Both the position numbers and the translations under genes were made by a program. This document shows, piece after piece, positions 7,714-17,825 of a DNA stretch of 29,073 bases. The notes below the pieces were generated by a model that saw only the letters and a program-made list of their open reading frames with translations, made no database searches and had not been told where the DNA came from. The stretch's first letter is position 1, and each line of letters starts with the position of its first letter. Source of the DNA: Alphaproteobacteria bacterium (GTDB lineage Bacteria; Pseudomonadota; Alphaproteobacteria; Rhodospirillales; CAMCUA01); contig CAUZNJ010000001.1 of NCBI GenBank assembly GCA_963580965.1, positions 1-29,073 of the forward strand, written 5' to 3'.

Positions 7714-10541
7714 GATTTATCGCCTTCTTGGTCACTCGTTCTCTCGGTGTCATTCACGGGAGCACCAGTTTCCGCACCACCATCCCCAACTCCGGATACG
7801 TCCATCTCGGCGAGATCGTCGTCCTCATCCGTGTCGCCAACATCACGGAAGCGAGTGACGGACATGATCCGCTCGTCCTCCGCGACCCGAAATAGGGACA
7901 CGCCTCGGGTTCTCCGACCGACGACGCTGACATCATCAACAGGTACGCGAATAAGCTGCCCGCCATCGGTGACCATAACAATCTGGTCGTTATCGATGAC
8001 CGGAAAGGCAGATATTGTACGCGCTCCCGGTTTTCCAGCTCGCCGCAGATCGATGCCATCGATGCCCTGGCCACCGCGCTTGGTGATACGATATTCATAA
8101 GACGACGAGCGCTTGCCAAGACCATCATCCGTGATGGTAAGCACAAATTGCTCAGCGGCCTGCATACATACAAAATCTTCCTCGGGCAGGCGCTTGGCCG
8201 TATCCTCGTCGCGCTGGCTATCATCTTCGCGACCCATGTAGTCGCCAGTTGCCAGTCGGCGCCGAGCGCTGACAGCACGCAGGTAATCATCCCGCTCCTG
8301 CGAGACCGCATCGACATGGGTCAGCGCCGACATGGTAATGACTTCGTTGCCCTTGGCCAGACGAATTCCGCGAACCCCGGTCGAAGTGCGGCCACTAAAA
8401 ACGCGAACGTCGGTAACGGGAAAACGAATACACTTGCCGTCGCGGCTGTTGAGTAAGATATCATCACCCTCGGTACAAGTGCGCACCCGCACTAGCCGGT
8501 CCCCCTCATCCAGCTTCATGGCTATCTTGCCATTAGACATGACGTTGGTGAAATCGCTAAGGCGATTACGCCTGACGCCGCCACTGGCCGTCGAAAACAT
8601 AATAAACAGATCACCCCAGCTTTCCTCGTCTTCGGGCAAGGGCATGAGGGTGGAAATACTTTCGCCCTGCTGTAACGGAAGCAAGTTAATTAACGGTCGG
8701 CCGCGCGTCGTTGGCGTGCCGACGGGCAGCTTATAGACCTTCATTTTGTAGACCATGCCGGTCGATGAGAAAAATAACACAGGCGTGTGGGTAGTCGTCA
8801 CGAATACTTCGGCGACAAAGTCTTCATCCCGCGTTGTCATTCCGGACCGGCCCTTGCCACCACGGCGCTGAGAACGATACGTGCTGAGTGGCACCCGTTT
8901 GACGTAGCCCGTATTAGTTACGGTGACGACCATGTCCTCGCGCTGGATCAGGTCTTCAAGATCGTGCTCAAATTCGCTGTCCTCGATCGCAGTCCGGCGC
9001 GGCGTCGCAAACTGCTCCTTTGCCGCTAAAAGTTCGGCGCGCATGATGCCGAATAGCTTCTCGCGAGAGCTTAATATTTCAAGGAATTCAGCAATTCGTA
9101 GGCCAATTTCGCGCAGGTCATCGCCAATTTTATCGCGCTCCAGCCCCGTTAAACGATGCAGGCGCAAATCCAGAATTGCGCGGGCCTGCTCATCTGACAG
9201 ATTATAGTTCCCATCAACGACCTGGCGGTCCGGCTCGTCGAGAAGCTCGATCAATGGGCGTACGTCCTCAGCCGGCCATGGTTTGGCCATCAGTGCGGCG
9301 CGCGCTTCCGCCGGGCTGCCAGCGGCACGGATCAGGGCGATCACTTCATCCAAATTGGCAACAGCGACGGCGAGGCCGGCCAAAACATGTGCCCGGTCCC
9401 TAGCCTTCCCAAGTTCGTAAATGGTACGTCGGCGAATTACCTCTTCTCGGAATTCGATAAAGGCCGCAATTATTTGCAGCAGATTCAACTGCTCAGGGCG
9501 TCCGCCGATCAGCGCTAGCATGTTGACGCCAAAGCTCACCTGCAGCGGCGTGAACCGGTACAACTGGTTCAGAACGACTTGGCCTTCAGCATCACGGCGC
9601 AGCTCGACAACCACACGAATGCCGTTGCGGTCTGATTCATCGCGAAGATCAGATATACCCTCGATTTTCTTGTCACGGACATGCTCGGCGATGATTTCGA
9701 TCATCCGCGACTTGTTGACCTGATAGGGCATTTCCGTAACGACGATGGCGAATCGATCCTTGCGGATTTCTTCAATCCCCGCCTTGCCACGGATGATCAC
9801 TGAACCGCGGCCAGTCAGGAAACCCGACATGACACCGGTACGACCAAGAATAATACCACCCGTCGGAAAATCGGGGGCAGGAACGTGGTTGGCGATCACC
9901 TCTTCGATGGTGATGTCGGGGTTATCGATATAGGCGCAGCAGGCGTCGATTACCTCACCAAGATTGTGCGGCGGAATATTGGTGGCCATCCCAACGGCGA
10001 TACCGCCTGCACCATTGACCAATAAGTTTGGAAACTGGGCCGGCAAGACGACAGGTTCGTGGACGGTCTCGTCATAATTCGGCTGAAAATCGACGGTTTC
10101 CCTATCGATATCTTCCAGTAGAAAGTGGGCGGAGCGGGCAAGCCGTGCCTCAGTGTAACGCATTGCTGCCGGAGGATCGCCATCCATGGAACCAAAGTTA
10201 CCCTGTCCGTCTACGAGAGGTAGACGCATGGCAAACCATTGCGCCATACGAACCATGGCATCGTAGATCGCGGAATCGCCGTGCGGATGATAACGACCCA
10301 TTACATCGCCGACGATGCGCGCTGATTTACGGTACGGCCGGTTCCAGTGGAAGCCGTTTTCGTGCATCGAATAGAGGATGCGACGATGCACTGGCTTGAG
10401 ACCATCGCGCACGTCAGGCAGCGCCCGGCTAACTATGACGCTCATAGCGTAATCGAGGTAGGAGCGCTGCATCTCCTCTTCAATGGTAACTGGGGAGACG
10501 TCGTGCTCAGGCGGTGGAGGGGTAGCGGAAGAAGTGGTCAA
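7710..10541 (-). CDS. gyrA: DNA gyrase subunit A
   Basis: [45 protein letters not shown] catalytic Tyr, GyrA box QRRGGKG (distinguishes it from ParC), acidic tail; TTG start. Confidence 0.97.
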   Translation of the reverse strand: MTTSSATPPPPEHDVSPVTIEEEMQRSYLDYAMSVIVSRALPDVRDGLKPVHRRILYSMHENGFHWNRPYRKSARIVGDVMGRYHPHGDSAIYDAMVRMAQWFAMRLPLVDGQGNFGSMDGDPPAAMRYTEARLARSAHFLLEDIDRETVDFQPNYDETVHEPVVLPAQFPNLLVNGAGGIAVGMATNIPPHNLGEVIDACCAYIDNPDITIEEVIANHVPAPDFPTGGIILGRTGVMSGFLTGRGSVIIRGKAGIEEIRKDRFAIVVTEMPYQVNKSRMIEIIAEHVRDKKIEGISDLRDESDRNGIRVVVELRRDAEGQVVLNQLYRFTPLQVSFGVNMLALIGGRPEQLNLLQIIAAFIEFREEVIRRRTIYELGKARDRAHVLAGLAVAVANLDEVIALIRAAGSPAEARAALMAKPWPAEDVRPLIELLDEPDRQVVDGNYNLSDEQARAILDLRLHRLTGLERDKIGDDLREIGLRIAEFLEILSSREKLFGIMRAELLAAKEQFATPRRTAIEDSEFEHDLEDLIQREDMVVTVTNTGYVKRVPLSTYRSQRRGGKGRSGMTTRDEDFVAEVFVTTTHTPVLFFSSTGMVYKMKVYKLPVGTPTTRGRPLINLLPLQQGESISTLMPLPEDEESWGDLFIMFSTASGGVRRNRLSDFTNVMSNGKIAMKLDEGDRLVRVRTCTEGDDILLNSRDGKCIRFPVTDVRVFSGRTSTGVRGIRLAKGNEVITMSALTHVDAVSQERDDYLRAVSARRRLATGDYMGREDDSQRDEDTAKRLPEEDFVCMQAAEQFVLTITDDGLGKRSSSYEYRITKRGGQGIDGIDLRRAGKPGARTISAFPVIDNDQIVMVTDGGQLIRVPVDDVSVVGRRTRGVSLFRVAEDERIMSVTRFRDVGDTDEDDDLAEMDVSGVGDGGAETGAPVNDTERTSDQEGDKS

Positions 10542-10621
10542 GGAACGGCCTTAACAGCAATTATTAGAGGGGACTTGAAATAGGCTCGACGGAGAATCTA
10601 ATGACCGGCGAGAGCAGCAAA

Positions 10622-10651
10622 ACTATACCATGCACCAAGCGCCGCGTGCAA
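10622..10651 (-). promoter_or_regulatory. Putative gyrA promoter
   Basis: TTGCAC-18 nt-TATAGT with an extended -10 TG. Confidence 0.45.
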
Positions 10652-10855
10652 CACCACAGAAGCACACGAAATCATATTACTATCAATGCCTTAAGTGGTA
10701 TTTTTCAATCACCGATTATCCATTCGCCAAGGTCATATTTCCCAAACAATTCGCAGCGGCAGCAATCCTTATGAAGAGGGCCCCAAAGTGCCGCTTCAAG
10801 ATTTTCCTTTTTAGGGTAAAATCATGCAATCCTAGTGTGAACAGGTGGAGCAATC

Positions 10856-11038
10856 ATGCCCGAAGCAACATTCGGAATTTTCAATACGATGGCAAATTTA
10901 GTAACTGTCGCGGCCATACTCGGTTATCTCAATCACCGTTTCATCGGCTTACCGCACACGATTAGCCTAACCATCATGGACGCGCTTTCATCCGTCAATT
11001 CAACGCATCCCCCCCGACATAGCCCCAATTTCGTTTAG
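10856..11038 (+). pseudogene. N-terminal relic of an NhaP/CPA1 Na+/H+ antiporter
   Basis: Good RBS (AGGTGGAG). LVTVAAILGYLNHRFIGLPHTISLTIM matches the first helices of NhaP-type antiporters, then similarity stops after about 45 aa; the full family is about 400 aa. Confidence 0.7.
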
Positions 11039-11286
11039 GAACGCGCCTCAGCAGCAACACCATCCCAGGACCAATAGTGATCAGCGTCCCCCACAGTTTT
11101 TAATTTTCGTTGTGCGCAAACGACACATGCCTTTCTTATCAAGGAAATGGTCAGCGCGTTTAAAGCTAGGGCAGCATGCTGGATAGTGATGCAGGCAACT
11201 ATTATCCTGAAGTATACTGTCATTCCAATCTGGAAATATCCGGAGACAGGACGTTCCACCATCACCGATAGCATAGTATTTCAACC

Positions 11287-11967
11287 ATGACCCTGCCACA
11301 CGATGCCTTTATCGATGACGAAGGCGTTTGGAATCAGATATTCACCGGCACCAAAGGTAGCTCAGGAGGCGCGCTATTCCTCGACCGTGACGGCGTGGTA
11401 GTGGAGGAAGTTCACTACCTACACAAGGTCGACGATATCCGTCTCGTTCCAGCGGCGGCCACGGTCATCGCTGGGGCAAACCGGCTTAATGTTCCTGTCG
11501 TCATCGTCACTAATCAAGCCGGCGTTGGTCATGGTCTCTATAACTGGGCTGACTTTGCTATTGTCCAGAGGCACATCCTAAATAATCTATCACTATTGGG
11601 GGCGCGGATCGACGCAGTTTATGCCTGCCCCCATCATCGCGACGCCGATACCCTGTGGGCCCACCCCGATCATCCGGCGCGCAAGCCAAACCCGGGAATG
11701 CTAATGCGCGCGGCGACCGCGCTTGGCATCAACCTTTCCTCATCTTGGATAATCGGCGATCGCGCCGGTGATCTGGAAGCAGGCCAACGGGCAGGCATAG
11801 CGGGCGGTCTCCACGTCATGGCCGGCCATGGCACGGCACCCGGCGAACGCGATCAGGCCCTGGCGACAGGAACTCCGCACTTTCGAGCCATCGGCATCAC
11901 GGATATCAGCGAGGCGCCCAGGCACATTCCACTGTTACAAGGGCAAGAAACGCCGCCACAGTCTTGA
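11287..11967 (+). CDS. gmhB: D-glycero-D-manno-heptose-1,7-bisphosphate phosphatase-like HAD IIIA hydrolase
   Basis: LFLDRDGV, VTNQAG, CPHH...RKPNPGML, IGDRAGD. Confidence 0.85.
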   Translation: MTLPHDAFIDDEGVWNQIFTGTKGSSGGALFLDRDGVVVEEVHYLHKVDDIRLVPAAATVIAGANRLNVPVVIVTNQAGVGHGLYNWADFAIVQRHILNNLSLLGARIDAVYACPHHRDADTLWAHPDHPARKPNPGMLMRAATALGINLSSSWIIGDRAGDLEAGQRAGIAGGLHVMAGHGTAPGERDQALATGTPHFRAIGITDISEAPRHIPLLQGQETPPQS

Positions 11968-11998
11968 CCCAAAATCCCAAACGCTAGGCGTGATGGGT

Positions 11999-12134
11999 AT
12001 TCAATATTTTTCGCGTCATAGTCGCGATCGCCACTCATCCTCCGGTCTGCCGGCGGGGTCCGGCCAATGCTTTCATAGTATCGGATTATCTGAGCCAGAG
12101 CGCCGGACTGTTGGGGCGCAGTGCCGATATTCAT
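11999..12134 (-). pseudogene. cueR: Decayed MerR-family Cu(I)-responsive regulator (N-terminal HTH only)
   Basis: MNIGTAPQQSGALAQIIRYYESIG..PPADR..SGDRDY resembles CueR MNIG.AA..SG.SAKMIRYYE.IGL.P.A.R..SGYR.Y. It has an AGGAAG RBS 20 nt after the copA stop. Similarity is lost after about 45 codons and the frame runs antisense into gmhB, with no coiled coil or C-terminal Cys pair. Confidence 0.75.
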
Positions 12135-12154
12135 GGACGGGACCGCTTCCTAGA

Positions 12155-14494
12155 TTAAATGCGCGTCCGGCACAGGCGCAACGCATTGCCTATAACCAAG
12201 ACAGAACTCAGACTCATCGCAGCAGCGGCGATCATCGGACTCAGCAGAACCCCGAATACCGGATATAGAACGCCTGCGGCGATAGGCACACCAAGCGCGT
12301 TGTACACAAAAGCTAGGAACAGGTTTTGGCGAATGTTCGTCATCACCGCCTGGCTCAGCCGCCGCCCCCGTACAATCCCGGCAAGGTCACCCTTGACCAA
12401 CGTAATACTAGCACTTTCGATGGCGACATCCGTGCCCGTTCCCATGGCGACACCTACGTCAGCCTCGGCCAAGGCAGGTGCATCGTTAACACCGTCACCA
12501 ACCATCGCGACGACCCGCCCCTCGCCGCGCAGGCGACGCACAGCAGCACCTTTTTGCTCGGGCAAAACCTCCGCCTCGATAGCATCGATCCCAAGATTTT
12601 TCGCGACGGCATTTGCCGTAGTACGATTATCACCAGTCATCATAACGATGTGCACACCCTGCGTACGCAGGTCTTTCAGTGCTTGTACCGCTGATTTTTT
12701 AATCGGGTCGGCAACAGCGATCAGTCCGACAAGCGCGCCATCAGCTGCGACATACATCACGGTCGCCCCATCGCGGCGCAAATCTTCTGCACGTTTTTCA
12801 ACACCTACGATATCGATGATAAGATCGCCCATCAGCGTCCTATTGCCTAGCGCCACCGAATGGCCATCAACGATGCCCCGCACGCCCTTGCCCGTCTCGC
12901 CTTCAAACCGTGACGCCTCGCCAAAATGTATGCCGCGCTCTTGGGCTGCCGTGACAATTGCTGCCGCAAGCGGATGCTCGCTGCTGCGCTCCAGCGCCGC
13001 GGCTAGAGCCAAAATATCAACGCCATCACCAATGGGCTCGACAGCAGTTACCTTTGGCTTACCTTCGGTCAAGGTGCCCGTTTTATCGACGACAAGAGTA
13101 TCGACCTTCTCGAATCGTTCGAGCGCCTCGGCATTTTTAATCAGTACACCAGCCTGGGCACCACGCCCTGTGCCGACCATGATTGACATCGGCGTGGCCA
13201 GTCCCAGTGCACAAGGGCAGGCAATAATCAGCACAGAAACGGCAGCGACCAGAGCATGGGCGATGGCCGGCGCCGGACCCCAAATCAACCAGACAATGAA
13301 GACAATCACAGCTATAGCTATCACAGCGGGAACAAACCAACCCGCCACCTGATCAGCGACCCGCTGAATCGGTGCCCGGGTGCGCTGCGCTTCGCCGACC
13401 ATGGCTATAACACGCGCCAGCATCGTTTCTGCACCGATTTTCTCAGCCAACATGATGAAACTGCCGGTGCCATTTACGGTGCCGCCTATAACTAGGTCCC
13501 CTAGCCCTTTTTCCAACGGAATTGGCTCGCCAGTAATCATTGATTCATCAACACTGCTGCGGCCTTCCGTGACCACACCGTCGACCGGGATCTTGCTGCC
13601 GGGCAAAACGCGAAGTTGCATGCCTGCGGTAATGTCAGACAGTGATATTTCCTCGTTATCACCATCGGCGCGGATACGACGCGCTGTCTGCGGAGTCAAA
13701 TCCAGCAATGCGCGCAAGGCCCTGCCGGTTTGTTCTCGGGCGCGAATCTCTAAGACCTGCCCAATCAGAACCAGGATAATGATGACGGCGGCCGCCTCAT
13801 AATAGACGGCAACGGCCCCGTCATGTCCGCGCATGGATTCTGGAAATAGAACCGGAGAAAATGTTGCAACCAGGCTGTAAAGATAAGCTGCACCAGCACC
13901 CAAGCCGATCAAGCTGAACATGTTGAGGCTGCGGTTTATCACCGAGGCCCAGGCACGTTCGAAGAAGATAGCCCCCCCCCACAGAACAACCGGTGTAGCC
14001 AGAACGAATTGCGCCCAATTCCAGGCTGATGATGGCAGAAAATGTTTTAGGTCAATGATTTGCCCGCCCATCGCAATGATTAGCAGGGGAACCACCAACA
14101 CGCCCCCTACCCACATGCGCCGGGTCATGGCGATGAGTTCCACGTTCGGCCCCGCGTCCCCCGTCACGTCCATGGGCTCCAGTGCCATTCCGCATTTCCG
14201 ACAATCTCCCAGTCCTATCTGGACTATTTCCGGATGCATAGAACATGTGTACTGCGCACCGGGAACAGACGCAGATTTTGCTCTCTGGCAACCAAGAAAT
14301 TCTTCTGGATCAGCGGAAAAGCGATCATGACAACGGGCGCTGCAGAAATGATAGGCCGTACCGGCATGCTCTAAATGGTGGGCCGTCTTCATCGGGTCGA
14401 CCGTCATGCCGCATACGGGATCAACAGCAACAACCACCAAATCAGGGGCGGCGTAACCAGCAGTGTGATAGCCAGGGCTGGCGTCAGCGGCCAA
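12155..14494 (-). CDS. copA: P1B-1 Cu(I)/Ag(I)-translocating P-type ATPase with N-terminal YHS and heavy-metal-binding domains
   Basis: DPVCGM...[15 protein letters not shown]...[48 protein letters not shown] start with AGGGG RBS. Confidence 0.93.
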   Translation of the reverse strand: MAADASPGYHTAGYAAPDLVVVAVDPVCGMTVDPMKTAHHLEHAGTAYHFCSARCHDRFSADPEEFLGCQRAKSASVPGAQYTCSMHPEIVQIGLGDCRKCGMALEPMDVTGDAGPNVELIAMTRRMWVGGVLVVPLLIIAMGGQIIDLKHFLPSSAWNWAQFVLATPVVLWGGAIFFERAWASVINRSLNMFSLIGLGAGAAYLYSLVATFSPVLFPESMRGHDGAVAVYYEAAAVIIILVLIGQVLEIRAREQTGRALRALLDLTPQTARRIRADGDNEEISLSDITAGMQLRVLPGSKIPVDGVVTEGRSSVDESMITGEPIPLEKGLGDLVIGGTVNGTGSFIMLAEKIGAETMLARVIAMVGEAQRTRAPIQRVADQVAGWFVPAVIAIAVIVFIVWLIWGPAPAIAHALVAAVSVLIIACPCALGLATPMSIMVGTGRGAQAGVLIKNAEALERFEKVDTLVVDKTGTLTEGKPKVTAVEPIGDGVDILALAAALERSSEHPLAAAIVTAAQERGIHFGEASRFEGETGKGVRGIVDGHSVALGNRTLMGDLIIDIVGVEKRAEDLRRDGATVMYVAADGALVGLIAVADPIKKSAVQALKDLRTQGVHIVMMTGDNRTTANAVAKNLGIDAIEAEVLPEQKGAAVRRLRGEGRVVAMVGDGVNDAPALAEADVGVAMGTGTDVAIESASITLVKGDLAGIVRGRRLSQAVMTNIRQNLFLAFVYNALGVPIAAGVLYPVFGVLLSPMIAAAAMSLSSVLVIGNALRLCRTRI

Positions 14495-14534
14495 ATCAAG
14501 TCCCCCTATATATGATTCCTGTTTACTGGAAACT

Positions 14535-14565
14535 TATATAGGGCTTCCAAATACTTGAAGGTCAA
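14535..14565 (-). promoter_or_regulatory. CueR-type MerR promoter of copA
   Basis: TTGACC (14560-14565), 19-nt spacer, TATATA (14535-14540). Dyad ACCTTCA-N7-GGAAGCC (14542-14562) vs the CueR consensus ACCTTCC-N7-GGAAGGT. Confidence 0.85.
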
Positions 14566-14608
14566 GGGACCCTTAGAAAGAGCATGCTCTAGGAATGATC
14601 CCGCCTCC

Positions 14609-15508
14609 TCACCCCCGCCCCAAAGCCGCCTTGATCTGCACCGGAATATCCTTCAGATCGGCAGCAATACGAACACCGGATTGGCTCAGCATCTTCTTCT
14701 TTTCCGTCGGGCCATCGCCTTCGCCAGCAATGAAAGCGGCTGCGTGGCCGAAGCTAACGCCCACCGGCTGATTTTCCTGGAAGGTACCGGCGATGAGAGC
14801 AACGACCGGCTTCTTTACGCCATTGGCGCGCAAGTGTTCCGCAACCTCCCGTTCGTTGGGGGTGCCGGGTTCGCCAAACAATGCGATGGCCTTAGTCATC
14901 GGGTCATCCTCAAACATGCGGACGTAGTCGACCATACGCCGCCCGGTAATAGCGTCACCGCCCATGGCGACCGCAGTAGAAACTCCAAGACCGCCTTTCT
15001 TTAAAGCCCAGGCGACCTCCGCCACCATGCCCCCGGAGCGTGAGCAGATACCGACGGTTCCAGGTGCGTAAATCTCATCAGGATCGAGCCCCCCCATGCC
15101 ACCCATGCGCGCCTCACCGGGCGTGATGATGCCTACCGTGTTGAAGCCAACCATCACAGCGTCAGTTTTGCGCACGGCATCGACAACCTTGGCTGCGTCG
15201 TTGAGTGGCACCAATTCAGCTGGCGCAACGATCAAATGGATACCGGCAACCAGCGCTTCGAGAACCGCATCCTTGGCAGCTAGCGCCGGGACATAGACAA
15301 GACTAGCTTCCGCGCCATGTTGCTCAACCGCTTCGCGCACCGTGTCATAAACCGGGATTCCTTCGACGTCCTGACCGCCACGCCCCGGCGTCACGCCAGC
15401 AACAATGTGAGTACCATAATCGCGGCAGACCAGCGTATCCACGCGAGCCTGGGTGCCGGTAATCCCCTGGACGACAACGCGGGTGTTTTTCTCAAGAAGG
15501 ATGCTCAT
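14609..15508 (-). CDS. Succinyl-CoA synthetase alpha-like subunit of a divergent ADP-forming acyl-CoA ligase
   Basis: MSILL...RVVVQGITG, AGVTPGRGG, SRSGG, GGD, FGEPG, phospho-His motif FGHAAA (canonical MGHAGA), GFNTVG (canonical GPNCPG). Confidence 0.88.
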   Translation of the reverse strand: MSILLEKNTRVVVQGITGTQARVDTLVCRDYGTHIVAGVTPGRGGQDVEGIPVYDTVREAVEQHGAEASLVYVPALAAKDAVLEALVAGIHLIVAPAELVPLNDAAKVVDAVRKTDAVMVGFNTVGIITPGEARMGGMGGLDPDEIYAPGTVGICSRSGGMVAEVAWALKKGGLGVSTAVAMGGDAITGRRMVDYVRMFEDDPMTKAIALFGEPGTPNEREVAEHLRANGVKKPVVALIAGTFQENQPVGVSFGHAAAFIAGEGDGPTEKKKMLSQSGVRIAADLKDIPVQIKAALGRG

Positions 15509-16710
15509 TGCGTTACCCCCGTGCGGGTCAGGTCAACGATCAAACGGCAAGCGTCCTCCAGTGGCGTACCTGACGGCAGATAGTGGACCCCAGGCACCAT
15601 GGCAGCAGCTTCGCGCGCTTCAGCCTCGCGCGGACCGAACATACGAATGACGACGGGAAATTTGGCGTAGTCGATGCCCCGTTCGGCCAGCACCTGCATT
15701 ATCGGCTCAACCTTGCGGTCAGCACGGGTCATCTGCAAGTGGTTGGCGCTAATCAGCAAGCCACGGATGTTAGGGTTGTCAAGAACAGCGTGGGCCAGCG
15801 CCTTGATCTTATCCTGATTGATACCATTCATGTCCGAATGGTTGGCGGGCCGCCCTCCCATGGCGAGGATAAGATCATGCTGTAACAGCCCTGCACCGCC
15901 TCCGTTGAAGATCAGGCCGATATCGCCGTCGAGCTCGCTATAGCGAATCATCCCGCCGCGGTACCTCTGATTGGCAGCGAAAACCGCTCGTTCCCGTTCG
16001 TTGAGATTGCGACCGGCAAACATCCATTCGGGCTTAGCCTCGTCGGCAAGCCAGCTTGCCTGACGGCCCAGCGCGTCATCGTCAATGCCAACCATGGCAC
16101 CAACGAGTGACAGCTTCCCGTCTGTTTGGACGCAAAGGGGGTTTATCTCGAGCATCAACGCATCAGCGGTCTGAAAGGCGGTAAACAGGGAAGCAGTCAC
16201 CGCGCCCAATCTGGGCAGAATTTCACCATTAACGCCGGCAGATTTCCAGGCAGAAACGGCATCCCATGGGTTCAGGCCCTCAGTCGGATCGAGATCGATG
16301 ACGGTTATTGCATCAGGATTGGTCGCCTGGGTCTGTTCGATGTCGATACCGCCATGGCAGCTGAGTAGCAGCCGGGGCGGAAAACTTTCTAGATTGATAC
16401 TGAGATAGTATTCAGCAGCTATTTCGACCCTAGTTTCGACGTAAACCTCGTCCACACGATGGCCCTGCACGTCCGTTCCGAGCAAAGAATGGGCCGCCTC
16501 GGCCGCAGCCTCCGGAGAATTCACCACACGTACGCCGCCCGAAATTCCACGCCGCCCGGTTGGCACCAAAGCCTTGACGACGGCACTACCACCGAAACGG
16601 GCCGCAGCCTCAGCAGCTGCTCCGGGGGTTACCACCACAACACCATCCGGCACTGGAAATCCTTGGCGACGCAGCCAAACTTTTGCTTTATCTTCCGTCA
16701 GAGGCAGCAT
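15505..16710 (-). CDS. Succinyl-CoA synthetase beta-like subunit of a divergent ADP-forming acyl-CoA ligase
   Basis: ATP-grasp motifs VVKALVPTGRRGISGGV, EYYLSI, GGIDIE, LEINPL; ligase domain GDIGLIFNGGGAG, GGRPAN; ATGA overlap with the alpha subunit. Confidence 0.88.
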   Translation of the reverse strand: MLPLTEDKAKVWLRRQGFPVPDGVVVVTPGAAAEAAARFGGSAVVKALVPTGRRGISGGVRVVNSPEAAAEAAHSLLGTDVQGHRVDEVYVETRVEIAAEYYLSINLESFPPRLLLSCHGGIDIEQTQATNPDAITVIDLDPTEGLNPWDAVSAWKSAGVNGEILPRLGAVTASLFTAFQTADALMLEINPLCVQTDGKLSLVGAMVGIDDDALGRQASWLADEAKPEWMFAGRNLNERERAVFAANQRYRGGMIRYSELDGDIGLIFNGGGAGLLQHDLILAMGGRPANHSDMNGINQDKIKALAHAVLDNPNIRGLLISANHLQMTRADRKVEPIMQVLAERGIDYAKFPVVIRMFGPREAEAREAAAMVPGVHYLPSGTPLEDACRLIVDLTRTGVTQ

Positions 16711-16719
16711 GAATTTGCT

Positions 16720-17160
16720 TTAAACTCCTCGCAGGATGCCAGTGGCAGAACCGGCAAGAACAGTCACGCCATCCTGGTTATCGCAGCCAATTTCCAGGGC
16801 GAATTTCACGCCGTCGTCTAAATCTTCGCGTTCCGCAACAACGGCCCAGGGAGTGATAACGTCGTCCTCCAGCACCATACGAATGAACTTGGTTTCAATG
16901 GTGCCTCGGCTTAGCCAACCCGTACCGAATAGATCGAGCATCATCTGGATGACGTAACCTTGCCACTGGGTGCCCGAGGCATTGCGCTTCTTCAAGCCGC
17001 AACTTTCGGCATGGGCGAGGTCGGTATGGATATTGACCAGTGGCCAGCCGTCCATCTCAAACGGACCGCCAGAAAAGGCACGCATACGCGCCGGCGATAA
17101 CCGATAGTCTCGGCCACGCATCTCTGCGCCCGGCTGACTGGCAGTAGTCAGGTCAGTCAT
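16720..17160 (-). CDS. MaoC-like hotdog-fold acyl-CoA dehydratase subunit
   Basis: NIHTDLAHAESCGL..RNASG resembles the MaoC hydratase motif; KFIRMV..DDVITP and C-terminal beta strands. Confidence 0.72.
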   Translation of the reverse strand: MTDLTTASQPGAEMRGRDYRLSPARMRAFSGGPFEMDGWPLVNIHTDLAHAESCGLKKRNASGTQWQGYVIQMMLDLFGTGWLSRGTIETKFIRMVLEDDVITPWAVVAEREDLDDGVKFALEIGCDNQDGVTVLAGSATGILRGV

Positions 17161-17591
17161 GCCTCCCCACCCTTGATGTGAGTGTTGTGGCTAAAACGGC
17201 GAAAAATATCCCGGCCATCCTCGTCAATTACACGGCAGTCAATAACCATGAAGTCCCGTCCGCGCCTTTTATAGCGTTCGCAGACCGTCCAAGTAACGTT
17301 GAGCTTTTTGCCGACATAGGCCGGGCTGATAAATTCAATAATATCCTTAGCATGCAGGACGCTATGGCCCTCGGGCATGTAGAAAGAAGGGCTACGTGTG
17401 CGGTTGGACATGTTAAGGATCAGAGCCGGGTGAACGAGTGGCGGGTCGCCACTATCGCCCTGCCTGTAACGGGAGTCGTAGTCTTCCTCAGCGTAGCAAT
17501 ACTGCTCGTTGAGATCCGGTGTGACGTGAAAGCTGTAGGGCGCGTAAGACTCACCAACCGCCAAGTCGGTCGCCACTTTGCGTTCGCTCAT
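17157..17591 (-). CDS. Hotdog-fold (MaoC N-terminal/HadA-like) protein
   Basis: LAVGE, PPLVHPAL, VLHA...EFISPAYVG, ERY.RRGR.FMVI..RVIDEDG. ATG 17591 chosen over TTG 17630; ATGA overlap with the next gene. Confidence 0.7.
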   Translation of the reverse strand: MSERKVATDLAVGESYAPYSFHVTPDLNEQYCYAEEDYDSRYRQGDSGDPPLVHPALILNMSNRTRSPSFYMPEGHSVLHAKDIIEFISPAYVGKKLNVTWTVCERYKRRGRDFMVIDCRVIDEDGRDIFRRFSHNTHIKGGEA

Positions 17592-17675
17592 AATCGCTAC
17601 CGCTGATGCGCACTGACGAAGCAGTGACAAAAATAGAAGCAGCCGGATCCCATTGGAATTCTGACTGTAGGCAAC

Positions 17676-17705
17676 AAATTAGCGCTAATGCACGGACAAT
17701 GACAA
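17676..17705 (-). promoter_or_regulatory. Putative promoter with overlapping LacI-type operator for the hotdog/CoA-ligase operon
   Basis: TTGTCA (17700-17705)-18 nt-TAATTT (17676-17681). A perfect 12-bp palindrome ATTAGCGCTAAT (17678-17689) overlaps the -10. Confidence 0.5.
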
Positions 17706-17726
17706 GTCCGCCCCCGCCGCTCGCCC

Positions 17727-17755
17727 TTGACGCTTCGCCGGACCGGCTTCATTCT
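17727..17755 (+). promoter_or_regulatory. Putative sigma70 promoter of trpG-trpD-trpC-moaC-moeA
   Basis: TTGACG-17 nt-CATTCT. Confidence 0.45.
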
Positions 17756-17825
17756 GGGAGAAAGAGAGCCTAGATCATCCTTAGAATTATTTTTAAGATT
17801 TAGAAAAACCATATAAGTTATTGCA

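Noticed and set aside
8150-8320. Charged insertion in the GyrA C-terminal domain (possible intein or novel domain)
   Set aside because: No intein motifs; similar insertions are usual in alphaproteobacterial GyrA as far as I recall. The QRDR (HGDSAIYD) is wild-type.
10630-10965. 111-aa ORF upstream of gyrA
   Set aside because: No recognisable motif; it overlaps the gyrA promoter and the nhaP relic.
11035-11299. 79-aa and 72-aa minus-strand ORFs between the nhaP relic and gmhB
   Set aside because: I could not assign any frame to a family. It may be another relic but is unsupported without a search.
12159-13352. 397-aa plus-strand ORF
   Set aside because: Antisense shadow of copA; its translation is the typical reverse-frame pattern with no family motifs.
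14579-14590. 12-bp palindrome AGAGCATGCTCT after the sucD-like stop
   Set aside because: Single copy, no loop or U-tract, no second copy seen; cannot be called a terminator or repeat element.
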